Shown piece by piece: positions 21,660 through 31,137 of a DNA stretch of 64,000 nucleotides. Every line of letters begins with the position of its first letter. Position 1 is the stretch's first letter. Origin of the DNA: an uncultured Acidobacteriota bacterium (lineage in GTDB: Bacteria; Acidobacteriota; UBA6911; RPQK01; JAPXNP01); the NCBI GenBank assembly GCA_963777605.1, contig CAVZRV010000010.1, forward strand, positions 539,849 through 603,848, in the 5' to 3' direction. The notes beneath the pieces were generated by a model, which ran no database searches, was not told where the DNA came from, and saw only the letters and a list, made by a program, of their open reading frames with translations. The position numbers and the translations under genes are program-made.

Positions 21660-22706
21660 CTACCTCCCGGCCGGAGCGACCGGCTCTTCCAGCAACTTGA
21701 TGGTGCCCTTGTCGGCATCGACCTCGGCGAGAATTCCCTCCGGCAGCGTCCACTTCTCGGGGATGTGCCCGATCATGGCGCCCTGCCAGGCCGGAACCTT
21801 GAGGGGAACCAGGTGATCGTCGAATACCTGCTCCAGGGTCAGCGAGCCATAGCCGGTTCCCGGCGAGCAGTCGGTGCACTTCCCGATCACGACCGCAGAG
21901 ACCTTCTCGAGGATCCCGGCAAGCCCCAACTGAGTAAGCATCCGGTCAATCCGGTAGATGTCTTCATGCACGTCTTCGAGAAACAGGACTGCGTTGTCCC
22001 AATCGGGAAGGTAGGCAGAACCGATAATTGCGGAAAGTACCGTCAAGTTTCCACCCAGGAGACGCCCGCGGGCCCTGCCGGGAAAGATTGTCTCCACCCG
22101 GTCGGCGACCTGTGTCAGGTTGTTACCCAGTCGAGTCGGATTCGAATAGAGGACCGCTTCGCCCTCGAACAAGACCTTCCTGACGTAGTCCACGGAGTAA
22201 CTGTTCCAGGGGCCAAGGCCGATCGGCCCGTGAAAAGTAACCAGCCCGGTCCGGGCGTGAATGCCCAGAAGTAGAGCGGTGACGTCGCTGTAACCCATAA
22301 TGATCTTGGGGTTGCGGGCGATCGTGTCATAGTCGAGCAAGGGCAATATACGGGCACACCCCCACCCCCCCCGCACGGCGACCACACCATCGATCGATTC
22401 ATCGGCGAACTGGGCATTGAGGTCGGCGGCGCGTTCCTCGTCCGTACCCGCGAGGTACCCGTAGCGATCGAGGACGTGCTCACCCTTCTTGACTTTGAGG
22501 CCGAGCGCTTCCAGGCTTTCGACCACGATCTCCACATCGGACCGCAGGAAAGTCGCGCCCGCGGGATTGACAATCGCCACCCGGTCCCCGGCTTTAAGCC
22601 GGCGTGGCTTGATGACCGGACGTGAAGCCGCCTGCCCTTGAACCAGGGCACTTCGCAGCCCGAAGCCGGCCACACCCGCCGAAGCAAGAAAAGAACGTCT
22701 GTTCAT
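21660..22706 (-). CDS. LD-carboxypeptidase (S66) with Tat signal
   Basis: MNRRSFLA, RGGWG, GYSDVT, GGNLTVL, LFLEDV and IGH. Confidence 0.92.
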   Translation of the reverse strand: MNRRSFLASAGVAGFGLRSALVQGQAASRPVIKPRRLKAGDRVAIVNPAGATFLRSDVEIVVESLEALGLKVKKGEHVLDRYGYLAGTDEERAADLNAQFADESIDGVVAVRGGWGCARILPLLDYDTIARNPKIIMGYSDVTALLLGIHARTGLVTFHGPIGLGPWNSYSVDYVRKVLFEGEAVLYSNPTRLGNNLTQVADRVETIFPGRARGRLLGGNLTVLSAIIGSAYLPDWDNAVLFLEDVHEDIYRIDRMLTQLGLAGILEKVSAVVIGKCTDCSPGTGYGSLTLEQVFDDHLVPLKVPAWQGAMIGHIPEKWTLPEGILAEVDADKGTIKLLEEPVAPAGR

Positions 22707-22863
22707 AGCTCTTTCATCTCCTATCCATTTCCACCCAAGTGGTCCGTTCCCGAAATTCGAAACCTGAAAGTCTGAATCAACTACGATCAAAACAACTTTT
22801 CGGGAACTTTTCCACGTTCCGTACGTGAAAAGAATAAATAGCCATTCCTCCTGGAACAAATCT

Positions 22864-23613
22864 ATGAGTCAATCCAACCTGCTTGAAACGCTGGATCGAT
22901 CTGATCGAATCTGGCATTTGAGCCGAACTGGGCTCCTCGAAGGCCTGGGACCTGAGGATCTGGAAGCCGTGATCCTCCACCTTGAAGACCGTGTCTACGC
23001 CGAAGGCCGAGTGATCTTCAATCCGGGCGAATCGGCTCAGACAATCTACTTTCTCAACCGCGGCTCGGCACGGTTGTCTCTGGTGCCGGACGACCACCGG
23101 GAGAAAACGGTCGAAATCCTCAAAGGAGGGGACGTTTTCGGAGTCGAGGCGATGAGAGAGTCCGGCCGCTACGAGGTCCGCGCGGAAGCCCACGAAGAGA
23201 GCTGGATTTCGCTGCTTCCCAGACAGGACTTCATTCAACTGGCCGGTCGCCACCCTGCCCTCTGCAACAACCTCATTCAACTGCTTCTCGAGAAACTGGC
23301 CCATGCCCATGATGAAATCAAGGCGCTCTGTTTCCTCGACATCGAACAGCGCCTGATCCAGGCTCTCCTGCGACTGGCACGCAAGCATGGCCATCGGCTG
23401 GCAAACCGTAACAACATGGTCCGGCTCCAGCTCCGGCTCTCCCACGACTACCTGGCACGCCTCACCGGTGCCAACCGCCCCTATCTCTCCAACATCATGT
23501 CCAGCCTCAGAAAACAGGGCTTGATTCAATACCAGAGAAAGCACCTGCTGATCGACTTCGACGCGCTCAATTCCCAAGCCCGGTCCGGTGCCCAGGTCGG
23601 CCGCGTAGATTGA
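22864..23613 (+). CDS. Crp/Fnr family transcriptional regulator
   Basis: cNMP-binding domain (IFNPGE, GGDVFG) and C-terminal HTH (LSHDYLARLTGANRPYLSNIMSSLRKQGLI). Confidence 0.9.
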   Translation: MSQSNLLETLDRSDRIWHLSRTGLLEGLGPEDLEAVILHLEDRVYAEGRVIFNPGESAQTIYFLNRGSARLSLVPDDHREKTVEILKGGDVFGVEAMRESGRYEVRAEAHEESWISLLPRQDFIQLAGRHPALCNNLIQLLLEKLAHAHDEIKALCFLDIEQRLIQALLRLARKHGHRLANRNNMVRLQLRLSHDYLARLTGANRPYLSNIMSSLRKQGLIQYQRKHLLIDFDALNSQARSGAQVGRVD

Positions 23614-23647
23614 CCCAGGCCGGAGCTTTGTGTTGCCATGAGCAGGC

Positions 23648-24430
23648 GTGTTGAAATCAAGCTTCCGCCTGCTGCTGGTTGGGTCGCTCGCTCTTGTTGG
23701 GGGGTGTGTCCGTCACCGGATTATTGAATCCGCCGCAGATCACCAAGTCGGGAACTCGCTCGTTCAAACCGTTCTCTACCGTGCCGAGGGCTCCGATTTG
23801 CTCCTTCTGAACCTGCACGAGAACGAACACACTTCGGTTGAGGCAGGACTACACCTGATCCGTCGCAAGGGTGGCGAGGTACTCATGCTGCGTCACTCCG
23901 GAAAGCGGATGATCTCGTTTCACTTCGACAACCGGCCGTTCGAGTTCGATCCGAACCGGATGTTCACGGACGGGGGAGCCCAAAAGACCCTTTCGGCCGA
24001 GTCACCGGCCCCCGAAGGAGCAATCCGCATAGTACGGAACTTCGCGACCAACGTCCTGAACAGCTACCATCTCAACCGGCAGTCCATCATCGTGACGCTG
24101 CACAACAACAGCGAGGGTTCCTACTCAGTTTTGAGCTACCTCCCCGGGGGTGAGTACGAACTCGATGCTTCCCAGGTCTACGTCAACCGAAGGCGCGACC
24201 CGGACGATTTCTACTTCGTCACCACAAAGGCATTCTTTGACGGATTGAAAGACAGGGGCTTCAACGTGGTCCTTCAGAACAACCGTTTTGCCACCGACGA
24301 TGGTTCCCTGTCGGTATTGGCCGGGTTGAAGGGAATTCCCTACGTAAATGTCGAAGCCCAACTAGGGCACCTGAAGGAACAGGAAAAGATGCTGGGCGCC
24401 GTCTTCAAGCTGATTTCCAGCCGAGAGTAA
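23648..24430 (+). CDS. Putative lipoprotein with zinc-carboxypeptidase/deacylase-like motifs
   Basis: Lipobox-like LVGGC; LHENE, DPNRMF, LHNN and NVEA resemble M14-like motifs. Function uncertain. Confidence 0.6.
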   Translation: MLKSSFRLLLVGSLALVGGCVRHRIIESAADHQVGNSLVQTVLYRAEGSDLLLLNLHENEHTSVEAGLHLIRRKGGEVLMLRHSGKRMISFHFDNRPFEFDPNRMFTDGGAQKTLSAESPAPEGAIRIVRNFATNVLNSYHLNRQSIIVTLHNNSEGSYSVLSYLPGGEYELDASQVYVNRRRDPDDFYFVTTKAFFDGLKDRGFNVVLQNNRFATDDGSLSVLAGLKGIPYVNVEAQLGHLKEQEKMLGAVFKLISSRE

Positions 24431-24436
24431 AGGTAT

Positions 24437-25372
24437 CTATCGGATCGAGGCTGCCACACGATCCTGTTCGGCCCGAAGCTGAGGGTCTTCCCGGACACCA
24501 TCCTTCAACTCCATGAAGTCGGGGCGCAGATCCTTCACCGAACGGGATCGATCGAACGTCACCAGCAGGTCACCCAGGTAACGGCCCCTCTCGATCGAAG
24601 AGAGAATGACGCTCGACCCCACCTGGAACGGCCGGTAGCGGACAAAACGCTTCTCCGTGGTGATGATCAAGTCGATCCCCTCGACCGACTGGGCCAGTTT
24701 GACAATCGGTGAGTTCGGGGGGATCTGTTGGGAGGGGCGAATCGTGTCCCAGAGGAGGATGACCAGGTCGGCCTTCTTGCGCAGATCCGGCATCACTGCC
24801 CGAACCGCTTCGACCGGGTCGAGGGCCCGAAAACCCGAGTTGGGCTTGACCAGCATAGGGTCAACCAGCCCGAGGAAGCCGATTCGGACCGCTCCTCCTT
24901 CGACTCCGACCAAGGGCACATCTTTGATCAGAAAACGCCCGGGCACCGGAATTCCTGCCTCCCTGGGCTCGAGGTTCGTCGAAATGAGGCGGTCCCGGAC
25001 GGCCTTGCTTTCGGAAAGTTGCGGCCACCAGTAGAGATCATCCGAACCCAGGTTCATGGCCGTGATCGGAATCCGCTCCAGGCTCTCCTCCATGAGTTGA
25101 TTCACTGCTTCGGCGCTCGGCCCGGGACTCTCGAAGTAGTTACCCGCATCGATTTGCAGCAGAGGGCCTGCCCAGGTCTCCAAGATCTCTGAGGTGTATC
25201 CAACCCGCCGGGCCAACCCTCCATCTGGGCCTCCGGCACAGCCGCAAGGTTCGAACGTGCCCTGGACGTCACCCGTAAAGAGAATCCTGACCGCGGTCTC
25301 CGAAGAGTCCTTGCCCGAAGCAAACCCTGCGGTCGCCACAAATAGAACGGTTACTCCTATCCACTTGAGCAT
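24437..25372 (-). CDS. Secreted UshA/5'-nucleotidase-like metallophosphoesterase-fold protein with CxC motif
   Basis: Signal peptide, ILFTGDVQGTFEPCGCAGGPDGGLARR, IDAGNYF, NLGSDDL and GRYLG. Confidence 0.75.
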   Translation of the reverse strand: MLKWIGVTVLFVATAGFASGKDSSETAVRILFTGDVQGTFEPCGCAGGPDGGLARRVGYTSEILETWAGPLLQIDAGNYFESPGPSAEAVNQLMEESLERIPITAMNLGSDDLYWWPQLSESKAVRDRLISTNLEPREAGIPVPGRFLIKDVPLVGVEGGAVRIGFLGLVDPMLVKPNSGFRALDPVEAVRAVMPDLRKKADLVILLWDTIRPSQQIPPNSPIVKLAQSVEGIDLIITTEKRFVRYRPFQVGSSVILSSIERGRYLGDLLVTFDRSRSVKDLRPDFMELKDGVREDPQLRAEQDRVAASIR

Positions 25373-25423
25373 CACAAGTTCAAAGATGAGACAATGTCGC
25401 CGAAGTCGCACGAGGGTTAGTTG

Positions 25424-26170
25424 ATGGCACGAATTTCCGATCTTCGATTCAAGCACCGCCTGTTCATGAAGACCTACCGCTACCGGGCCGCCGATTGGGG
25501 AACTGGTTCGAAGCTGAACAAACCTCTCTCGGAATGCCGCATCGCGCTGGTGACGACTGCCGCCCTCTACCGGGACGACCAGGAGCCTTTTGACGAAGAA
25601 TTCAAAGGCGGGGATTTCTCCTACCGGATCATCTCGAGCGACACCGACCTCGATACCCTGCGGATCGGTCATCGAAGCAGTGCCTTCGACCACTCCGGGG
25701 TGGAAGCGGACAAGAACCTGGCCCTTCCCATTCACCGATTCCAGGAACTCGTGGAGCGGGGCCGAATCGGTTCTTTGAACCACCGCCATTTCAGCTTCAT
25801 GGGATCGGTCTCCGCTCCCGGCCGATTGGTTTCGAAGACAGCCCCTGAGGCCGCCGAACTTCTCCACCAGGATGGTGTCGATGCCGTGTTTCTGACACCA
25901 GTCTGACCGCTCTGTAATCAGTCCGTTGGACTGATCCAGGGCGCTATCGAGAAAGCCGGAATTCCCACCGTCTCGATCTCACTGCTCCGAGAAGTCACCG
26001 CGAAAGTAACTCCGCCCAGGGTTCTTTTCGTCGATCGACCGCTTGGCTACCCACTCGGCACTCCGCACAATGCCGGCGACCAGCACGAGATTATCGCGGC
26101 AGCCCTCGAAGTGCTCGAGTCGTCTGGTCCCCTGCCGCTCTTCGTGGAGTTCGAATCCGCACGGCGGTGA
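25424..26170 (+). CDS. Selenoprotein of the glycine/betaine/sarcosine/D-proline reductase B family (PrdB-like size); Sec codon at 25904-25906
   Basis: KPLSECRIALVTTAA, GDFSYRII and DGVDAVFLTPV-TGA-PLCNQSVGLIQGAIEKAGIPTVSIS..PPRVL. The frame stays open to TGA 26170. Confidence 0.88.
25904..25935 (+). promoter_or_regulatory. Bacterial SECIS-like hairpin
   Basis: ATCAGTCC-GTT-GGACTGAT is a perfect 8-bp stem whose G-first loop lies 18 nt after the in-frame TGA. Confidence 0.75.
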
Positions 26171-26607
26171 GAATCTGGCGGCCGGTTGCGGCTCGCACTG
26201 GCGCCATTCCAACTACCGGGGTGAAACTCACCGCTTCGCTTCCAATCCGGGGAATATTTCCAGCCCCGGAGAAAGCAGGGCCGGACAAAGCCTTGATTGT
26301 GTACGGCCGGAAACGCCTGTTCGGTGCCAAGGTTGTTGACGACAGTGGCAGTATCACTGGTTTTCGGTCTGGTGAACCCTGCATTGGCGGCGCTCGCGGT
26401 TGACCTGTCGCCGACCGAAACAACAGCGGGTCTTCTGAAGCGCCGGTTGCAACGCCTTCAGTACAGCTGACCGTCGGACGCGTTTGATCGGTCCGGCCCC
26501 GCCAATCCTGTCAGACCTGTTGGACTTACCGGAATTGTTCGACCGCTTCCCCAATCGTGTATCCTTGGGCAAAAGGTGGGCAACCCCAGGAAGGAGACCG
26601 CAGTCTG

Positions 26608-27351
26608 ATGCAGGTTTTGTGTTTCGAGAGTGATCCCTTCGTCCCAACGCGAGAGGTCGTGCTGGAACTGCAGGGGGTCCCCAAGACAGGAAAGATCTCG
26701 CCGCAATCAGAGGCGCTTCTGGCGTCGGCACTGGAAGAGGTCGACGGCCTGGCCGAACCGAAGGCCGTTTATCGACCCGTCAGCGAGGAAGATTTTGCCG
26801 CGGTCTACGCCGGAGAGGGAGTCAACGAGCACCCCAATCCTGTCGACGAAATCTTTCCCCGTGCCGGGCGACTCGCCCTATTCGCCCTGACCCTCGGGCC
26901 GGTCATCAGCGACCGGATAACAAGCCTGTTTCGCGAAGGGGACTTTGCCCTGGGATACATGCTCGATTCGGTGGCGTCGGTGATGGCCGAGCAGGTCGCC
27001 GACCGGGTCGAGGCACACTTCGAGGAAGCATTGGAACGGAACGGCCTGCCTGAGCGTTCCAGGGCAGTCATGCGATACAGCCCGGGATACTGCGGCTGGG
27101 ACTTGTCGGGCCAGCGCAGCCTGTTTCAGTTCCTGGACCCTGGACGAATCGGCATTACGATCAACGAAAGTTGCCTGATGACGCCAATGAAGTCGGTCTC
27201 CGGGGTCATGATTGCGGGTGAGCCGGAGATTCACTATTTCGAGAACGACTACCGCTTCTGTAGGGAATGCCGAACCAAGACCTGTCGGGGGAGGATCCGG
27301 GCGCTGAAAATGCGCTTTGAGCCGGGTTTCGTCTGGCCCCACCGGTACTGA
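26608..27351 (+). CDS. Vitamin B12-dependent methionine synthase activation-domain protein (stand-alone)
   Basis: FALTLG, LDSVAS, RYSPGYCGWDL, IGITINESCLMTPMKSVSG and C-terminal CxxCxxxxC; RBS AGGAG. Confidence 0.85.
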   Translation: MQVLCFESDPFVPTREVVLELQGVPKTGKISPQSEALLASALEEVDGLAEPKAVYRPVSEEDFAAVYAGEGVNEHPNPVDEIFPRAGRLALFALTLGPVISDRITSLFREGDFALGYMLDSVASVMAEQVADRVEAHFEEALERNGLPERSRAVMRYSPGYCGWDLSGQRSLFQFLDPGRIGITINESCLMTPMKSVSGVMIAGEPEIHYFENDYRFCRECRTKTCRGRIRALKMRFEPGFVWPHRY

Positions 27352-27385
27352 CTCGCCATAATTCCACTCCGACGAAAGGATCCTT

Positions 27386-27841
27386 TTACCCGTAGGAGTG
27401 CGGTTTCTTCTCCGGATCGTATGTAACCAGCGTCTTGTAGCTGTCCGTCAGGCGTTCGCGGACGAAGGCAGCCAGGCGTCGATAGAAGGTGAGGCCTTCC
27501 GCGGGAACCTCTTCCAGCAGCTGGTTCATCTTCACACCCTCGATCCGAAACACGGTGGCATGGGTCAGGCACTGGGCCGACGCCGTGTAGGAACTGGGGC
27601 CCAGCAAGCTGGACCAACCGAAGACGTCTCCGGGGCTGCGAACCGTCTTGGCGACCGTCCCCGATTCCCCGACCGCAATCCGGATTCGCCCTTTCTCGAG
27701 GATGTAAAGGGAGCGGGCGACTTCGCCCCGACGGAAGATGTAGTCCCCTTCCTTTAAACAGCACTCTTCCCCGAGTTCGAAAACCCGGTCACGAAGTTCC
27801 GGCTGCATTTCGTCGAACAGATAAGATCGTTTTACGAACAT
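27386..27841 (-). CDS. Cyclic nucleotide-binding domain protein
   Basis: IFRRGE, LYILEKG, PGDVFGWSSL and YTASA; 12 bp downstream of fhs. Confidence 0.85.
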   Translation of the reverse strand: MFVKRSYLFDEMQPELRDRVFELGEECCLKEGDYIFRRGEVARSLYILEKGRIRIAVGESGTVAKTVRSPGDVFGWSSLLGPSSYTASAQCLTHATVFRIEGVKMNQLLEEVPAEGLTFYRRLAAFVRERLTDSYKTLVTYDPEKKPHSYG

Positions 27842-27853
27842 CTCCGCTTCCTC

Positions 27854-29617
27854 CTAGAAAAGCCCGGTTACCTTGCCCGTCTCGACATCGACATCGACCC
27901 GGCGGAAACCCGGATTGGAGCCGGTGCCCGGCATCAGGCTGATCGTTCCGGCGCAGGGACACAGGAACTTCGCACCCGAATAGATCAGCACGTCGCGGAT
28001 CGGCAGAATCCAGTTTCTCGGGACTCCTTTCAGAGCCGGTTCGTGACTGAGACTCAGGTGTGTCTTGACCATCAGTGTCGCATAGCCTTCGTAGCGCGGG
28101 TCGGATTCCAGCATCTTGGCCTTCTCCAGGGCCTCGGGCGACCAGGCTACGCCGTCGGCTCCGTAGATCTCCTGGGCGATCGTCTCCACGCGGTCCCGCA
28201 GCTTCATTTCCATTGGGTAGAGAAAACGAAAATCGGTGTCCTCCTCGCAGGCATCCAGCACGGCATCCGCCAGTTCCAGCGCACCTTCCCCACCTTGAGC
28301 CCAGTGGTCGCTGAGTGCACAGCGGGCCCCCGCCTGTTCCACGGCATCGCGAACCATCTTGACCTCGTCCGGCGTGTCGGAAACAAATCGATTGATGCAC
28401 ACAACCGGGTTGATCCCCGACCTGCGGACGATTTCCAGGTGGTGGAGCAGGTTCGGCAATCCCTGCTCCACCAGTTTCAGGTTCTCGGAGCGGTACTCCT
28501 CAGGAAGGCTGATCCCCGGAACCACCCTCGGCCCTCCGCCATGCATCTTGAGCGCCCGGATCGTCGCGGTGAGCACCGATACGTGGGGTTTGAGCCCGCT
28601 GTAACGGCATTTTACGTTCCAGAACTTCTCGAACCCAATATCCGCACCGAAGCCGCTTTCGGTTACGTGGTAGTCAAAGAGCTTCAAGCCGACGCGATCC
28701 CCGATGATCGACGACTGCCCCACGGCGATGTTGGCGAAGGGACCGGCGTGCACCATGACCGGCTGATACTCCGCCGTCGAGCAGAGGGTCGGATTGATGG
28801 CGTTCCTCATCCAGGCACACATTGCCCCTGCCACCTCGAGGTCGGAGGTCGTCACGGGATTTCCGCGCTTGTCAAACGCGAGGGTAATCTCTCCGAGACG
28901 CTTCCGCAGGTCGGGGAGATCGTTGACGATCGAGAGGATCGCCATCAACTCGGAACTGACCGCGATTCCAAATTTCGATTGCATCATGAAACCGTCGAAG
29001 CGTGCCCCGATGCCGACAATGACGCTCCTGAGCGCCTGGGCACAGAAATCCATGATCCAGCCAAACTCCACTCGGGTCGGGTCCACATCGAGACGGGACA
29101 TCCCGGTGAGGCGCATCAACTGCTCGTCCGAGTAGTTGCGCTCGTGCTGCATTCTCGCCGTCAGCGCCACCATGGCCAGGTTGTGGGCATTCATGATGTC
29201 GTTGATGTCCCCCGTCAATCCCATCGAGAATTCGGTCATGGGAACCAGCAGCGCGTTGCCGCCACCGGCTGCGGTCCCCTTGATGTTCATGGTCGGACCT
29301 CCCGATGGCTGCCTGAGGCAGCCTCCGACCCGCTTTCCGCGCATCCCCAAACCCTCGAGCAGACCAAGCGAGGTGGTCGTCTTGCCTTCTCCAAGGGGGG
29401 TGGGGGTGACAGCCGTGACTTCGACATACTTTCCGTCGGGCCTGCCTCCGAGGCGTTCCATGATGCGCAGGAAGTCAAGCTTGCTGACCCGCCCCATGGG
29501 AATGACTTCGTCTCGTGCAAGTCCCAGTCGATCGCGCCATTCGTCGGACCGGGGCATGTTGGGTTCGGCCGCTTCCGAGATCTCCCAGTCGGCCATTTTC
29601 GTGGGATCGTACGGCAT
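27854..29617 (-). CDS. fhs: Formate--tetrahydrofolate ligase
   Basis: [45 protein letters not shown] and KTHLSLS. Confidence 0.96.
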   Translation of the reverse strand: MPYDPTKMADWEISEAAEPNMPRSDEWRDRLGLARDEVIPMGRVSKLDFLRIMERLGGRPDGKYVEVTAVTPTPLGEGKTTTSLGLLEGLGMRGKRVGGCLRQPSGGPTMNIKGTAAGGGNALLVPMTEFSMGLTGDINDIMNAHNLAMVALTARMQHERNYSDEQLMRLTGMSRLDVDPTRVEFGWIMDFCAQALRSVIVGIGARFDGFMMQSKFGIAVSSELMAILSIVNDLPDLRKRLGEITLAFDKRGNPVTTSDLEVAGAMCAWMRNAINPTLCSTAEYQPVMVHAGPFANIAVGQSSIIGDRVGLKLFDYHVTESGFGADIGFEKFWNVKCRYSGLKPHVSVLTATIRALKMHGGGPRVVPGISLPEEYRSENLKLVEQGLPNLLHHLEIVRRSGINPVVCINRFVSDTPDEVKMVRDAVEQAGARCALSDHWAQGGEGALELADAVLDACEEDTDFRFLYPMEMKLRDRVETIAQEIYGADGVAWSPEALEKAKMLESDPRYEGYATLMVKTHLSLSHEPALKGVPRNWILPIRDVLIYSGAKFLCPCAGTISLMPGTGSNPGFRRVDVDVETGKVTGLF

Positions 29618-29945
29618 GGCTTTCTCCTCTCGAATGGACCTCGCGCAGTGATTCGCAGCGAGATCGCGTTGGATGACCAGCGGTCCCCTACCGTGACTCC
29701 CCTATTCCAGCACGCCGCCACAGGAAAGAAAAGGTGACACGCACCAATTCCGGTCCTAAGGGCCCACAAACAAAGGATTCCTTACCAAGGCTGGCACCAA
29801 TTACCAGGATGGCGACGAGGGACCAGCAATCTAAAGAGTGGGGATCAGAAACCGGTACGGCGACAGGGAGAAGCTTCACCGCAGCGCCGCAGAGTGCGCC
29901 AGGGTTTCGCGGAGAGTAAAACCAACCGAAGAACGAGAGTGAAAG

Positions 29946-30023
29946 TGGCGTCCCCAGGGGGATTTGAACCCCCGTCGCCGCCGTGAAAGGGCGGTGTCCT
30001 AGGCCAGGCTAGACGATGGGGAC
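29946..30023 (-). tRNA. tRNA-Glu (anticodon TTC)
   Basis: Reverse complement reads GTCCCCATCGTCTAGCCTGGCCTAGGACACCGCCCTTTCACGGCGGCGACGGGGGTTCAAATCCCCCTGGGGACGCCA: cloverleaf, TTC anticodon, CCA end. Confidence 0.96.
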
Positions 30024-30130
30024 GCTCTCGATGAAGGCGGCATTCTAGCAATTTTGTCCGACCAAGTCCAGCGCGGGTGGAAAGGGCAAGACTGGATAGA
30101 CAACGAGAAGTCGTTCACAATACGGAATCC

Positions 30131-31105
30131 ATGAAACCGGCAAAGATTCTCTCAATCGGCCCCTTACCGCAGAATGTCATCGAACGCTTCTCAGACCGCT
30201 GGGAGGTAGCCTGGGTTCCGGATTCATCCCGGGAGGAAGTCCTCGAAGCCGTCGGCCCGGACGTCGTCCTGATCATCGCCCGCGGATCGGTAATGCTCGA
30301 TGGCGTCATCATGGACCGGGCTCCTAACCTGAAAGCGATTGCCCGAACCGGGGTCGGCTACGACACGGTTTCCATCGAAGACGCTACCGCCCGCAAATTG
30401 CCGGTTCTCTACACCCCGGGCGCCATGACCAAAGCGGTCGCCGAATTGGCCGTCGGCTTCATGATCGGAGCCTGCAAGCGGCTTACGTTCTGGCGAGAGG
30501 CGCTGGAGAAGGGAGACTGGGATTCGAGATACCGGACGATGAGCCGGGATCTACAGGGAGCGACGCTGGGAATCATCGGCTACGGAAGGATCGGACGCCA
30601 GGTCCGGCGACTGGTTCGGCCGTTCGAAATGACGGTCCTGGCTAACGACCCCTACATCGACCATGACGCTTTGAGCGGTGAGGAGGTAGAGTTCGTCGAT
30701 CTCGAAGAAATCCTCTCCCGATCATCGATTGTTACGCTTCACGTTCCTCTGACCGAAGAGACCCGGGCCCTGATCAACCGGCGCAACATTTATCGCATTC
30801 AACCCCGAAGCATCCTGATCAACACGGCTCGCGGCTCGGTGATCGAAGACCTCGATCTTCTGGTTGACGAACTGGAGAGCGGGCGACTGGATACGGTCGC
30901 ACTCGACGTGTTCCCGGACGAGCCACCCCCGGCCGGTCACCCGATCTTCAAACACTCCCGCGCCCTGCTCACCGGGCACGTGGCGGCGCGGACTCCGCTG
31001 GCCCAGAAGGGAATCCTGGAAACCATGATTCACGACTCCCTCGCAGTCCTGGAGGGGAGAAAGCCCCGGCTCAAGAATGTCGTAAATCCGGAGGTATTCT
31101 GCTAA
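30131..31105 (+). CDS. D-isomer-specific 2-hydroxyacid dehydrogenase (SerA-like)
   Basis: RTGVGYD, GIIGYGRIG, LHVPLT, INTARG and LDVFPDEP. Confidence 0.92.
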   Translation: MKPAKILSIGPLPQNVIERFSDRWEVAWVPDSSREEVLEAVGPDVVLIIARGSVMLDGVIMDRAPNLKAIARTGVGYDTVSIEDATARKLPVLYTPGAMTKAVAELAVGFMIGACKRLTFWREALEKGDWDSRYRTMSRDLQGATLGIIGYGRIGRQVRRLVRPFEMTVLANDPYIDHDALSGEEVEFVDLEEILSRSSIVTLHVPLTEETRALINRRNIYRIQPRSILINTARGSVIEDLDLLVDELESGRLDTVALDVFPDEPPPAGHPIFKHSRALLTGHVAARTPLAQKGILETMIHDSLAVLEGRKPRLKNVVNPEVFC

Positions 31106-31137
31106 CTGGCAGGATTGTCTGCGGTTCTTCCTGGCCT

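Noticed and set aside
25236-25247. Second selenocysteine in the UshA-like CGC motif
   Set aside because: The codons read TGC-GGC-TGT, so both are Cys.
26171-26607. Possible cobalamin or c-di-GMP riboswitch in the long leader of the B12 reactivation-domain gene
   Set aside because: Only isolated fragments (GGTGAAA, GGGAA, GGGCAAA) are present, in the wrong order and without the B12 box. An Rfam cmscan would settle it.
28043-29737. Long antisense ORFs (also 13507-15129, 15038-16258, 17024-18415, 11630-12838)
   Set aside because: Shadow frames opposite well-supported genes in high-GC DNA.
22864-30023. Genomic island integrated at tRNA-Glu
   Set aside because: No integrase, no duplicated tRNA 3' end, and no clear compositional shift seen.
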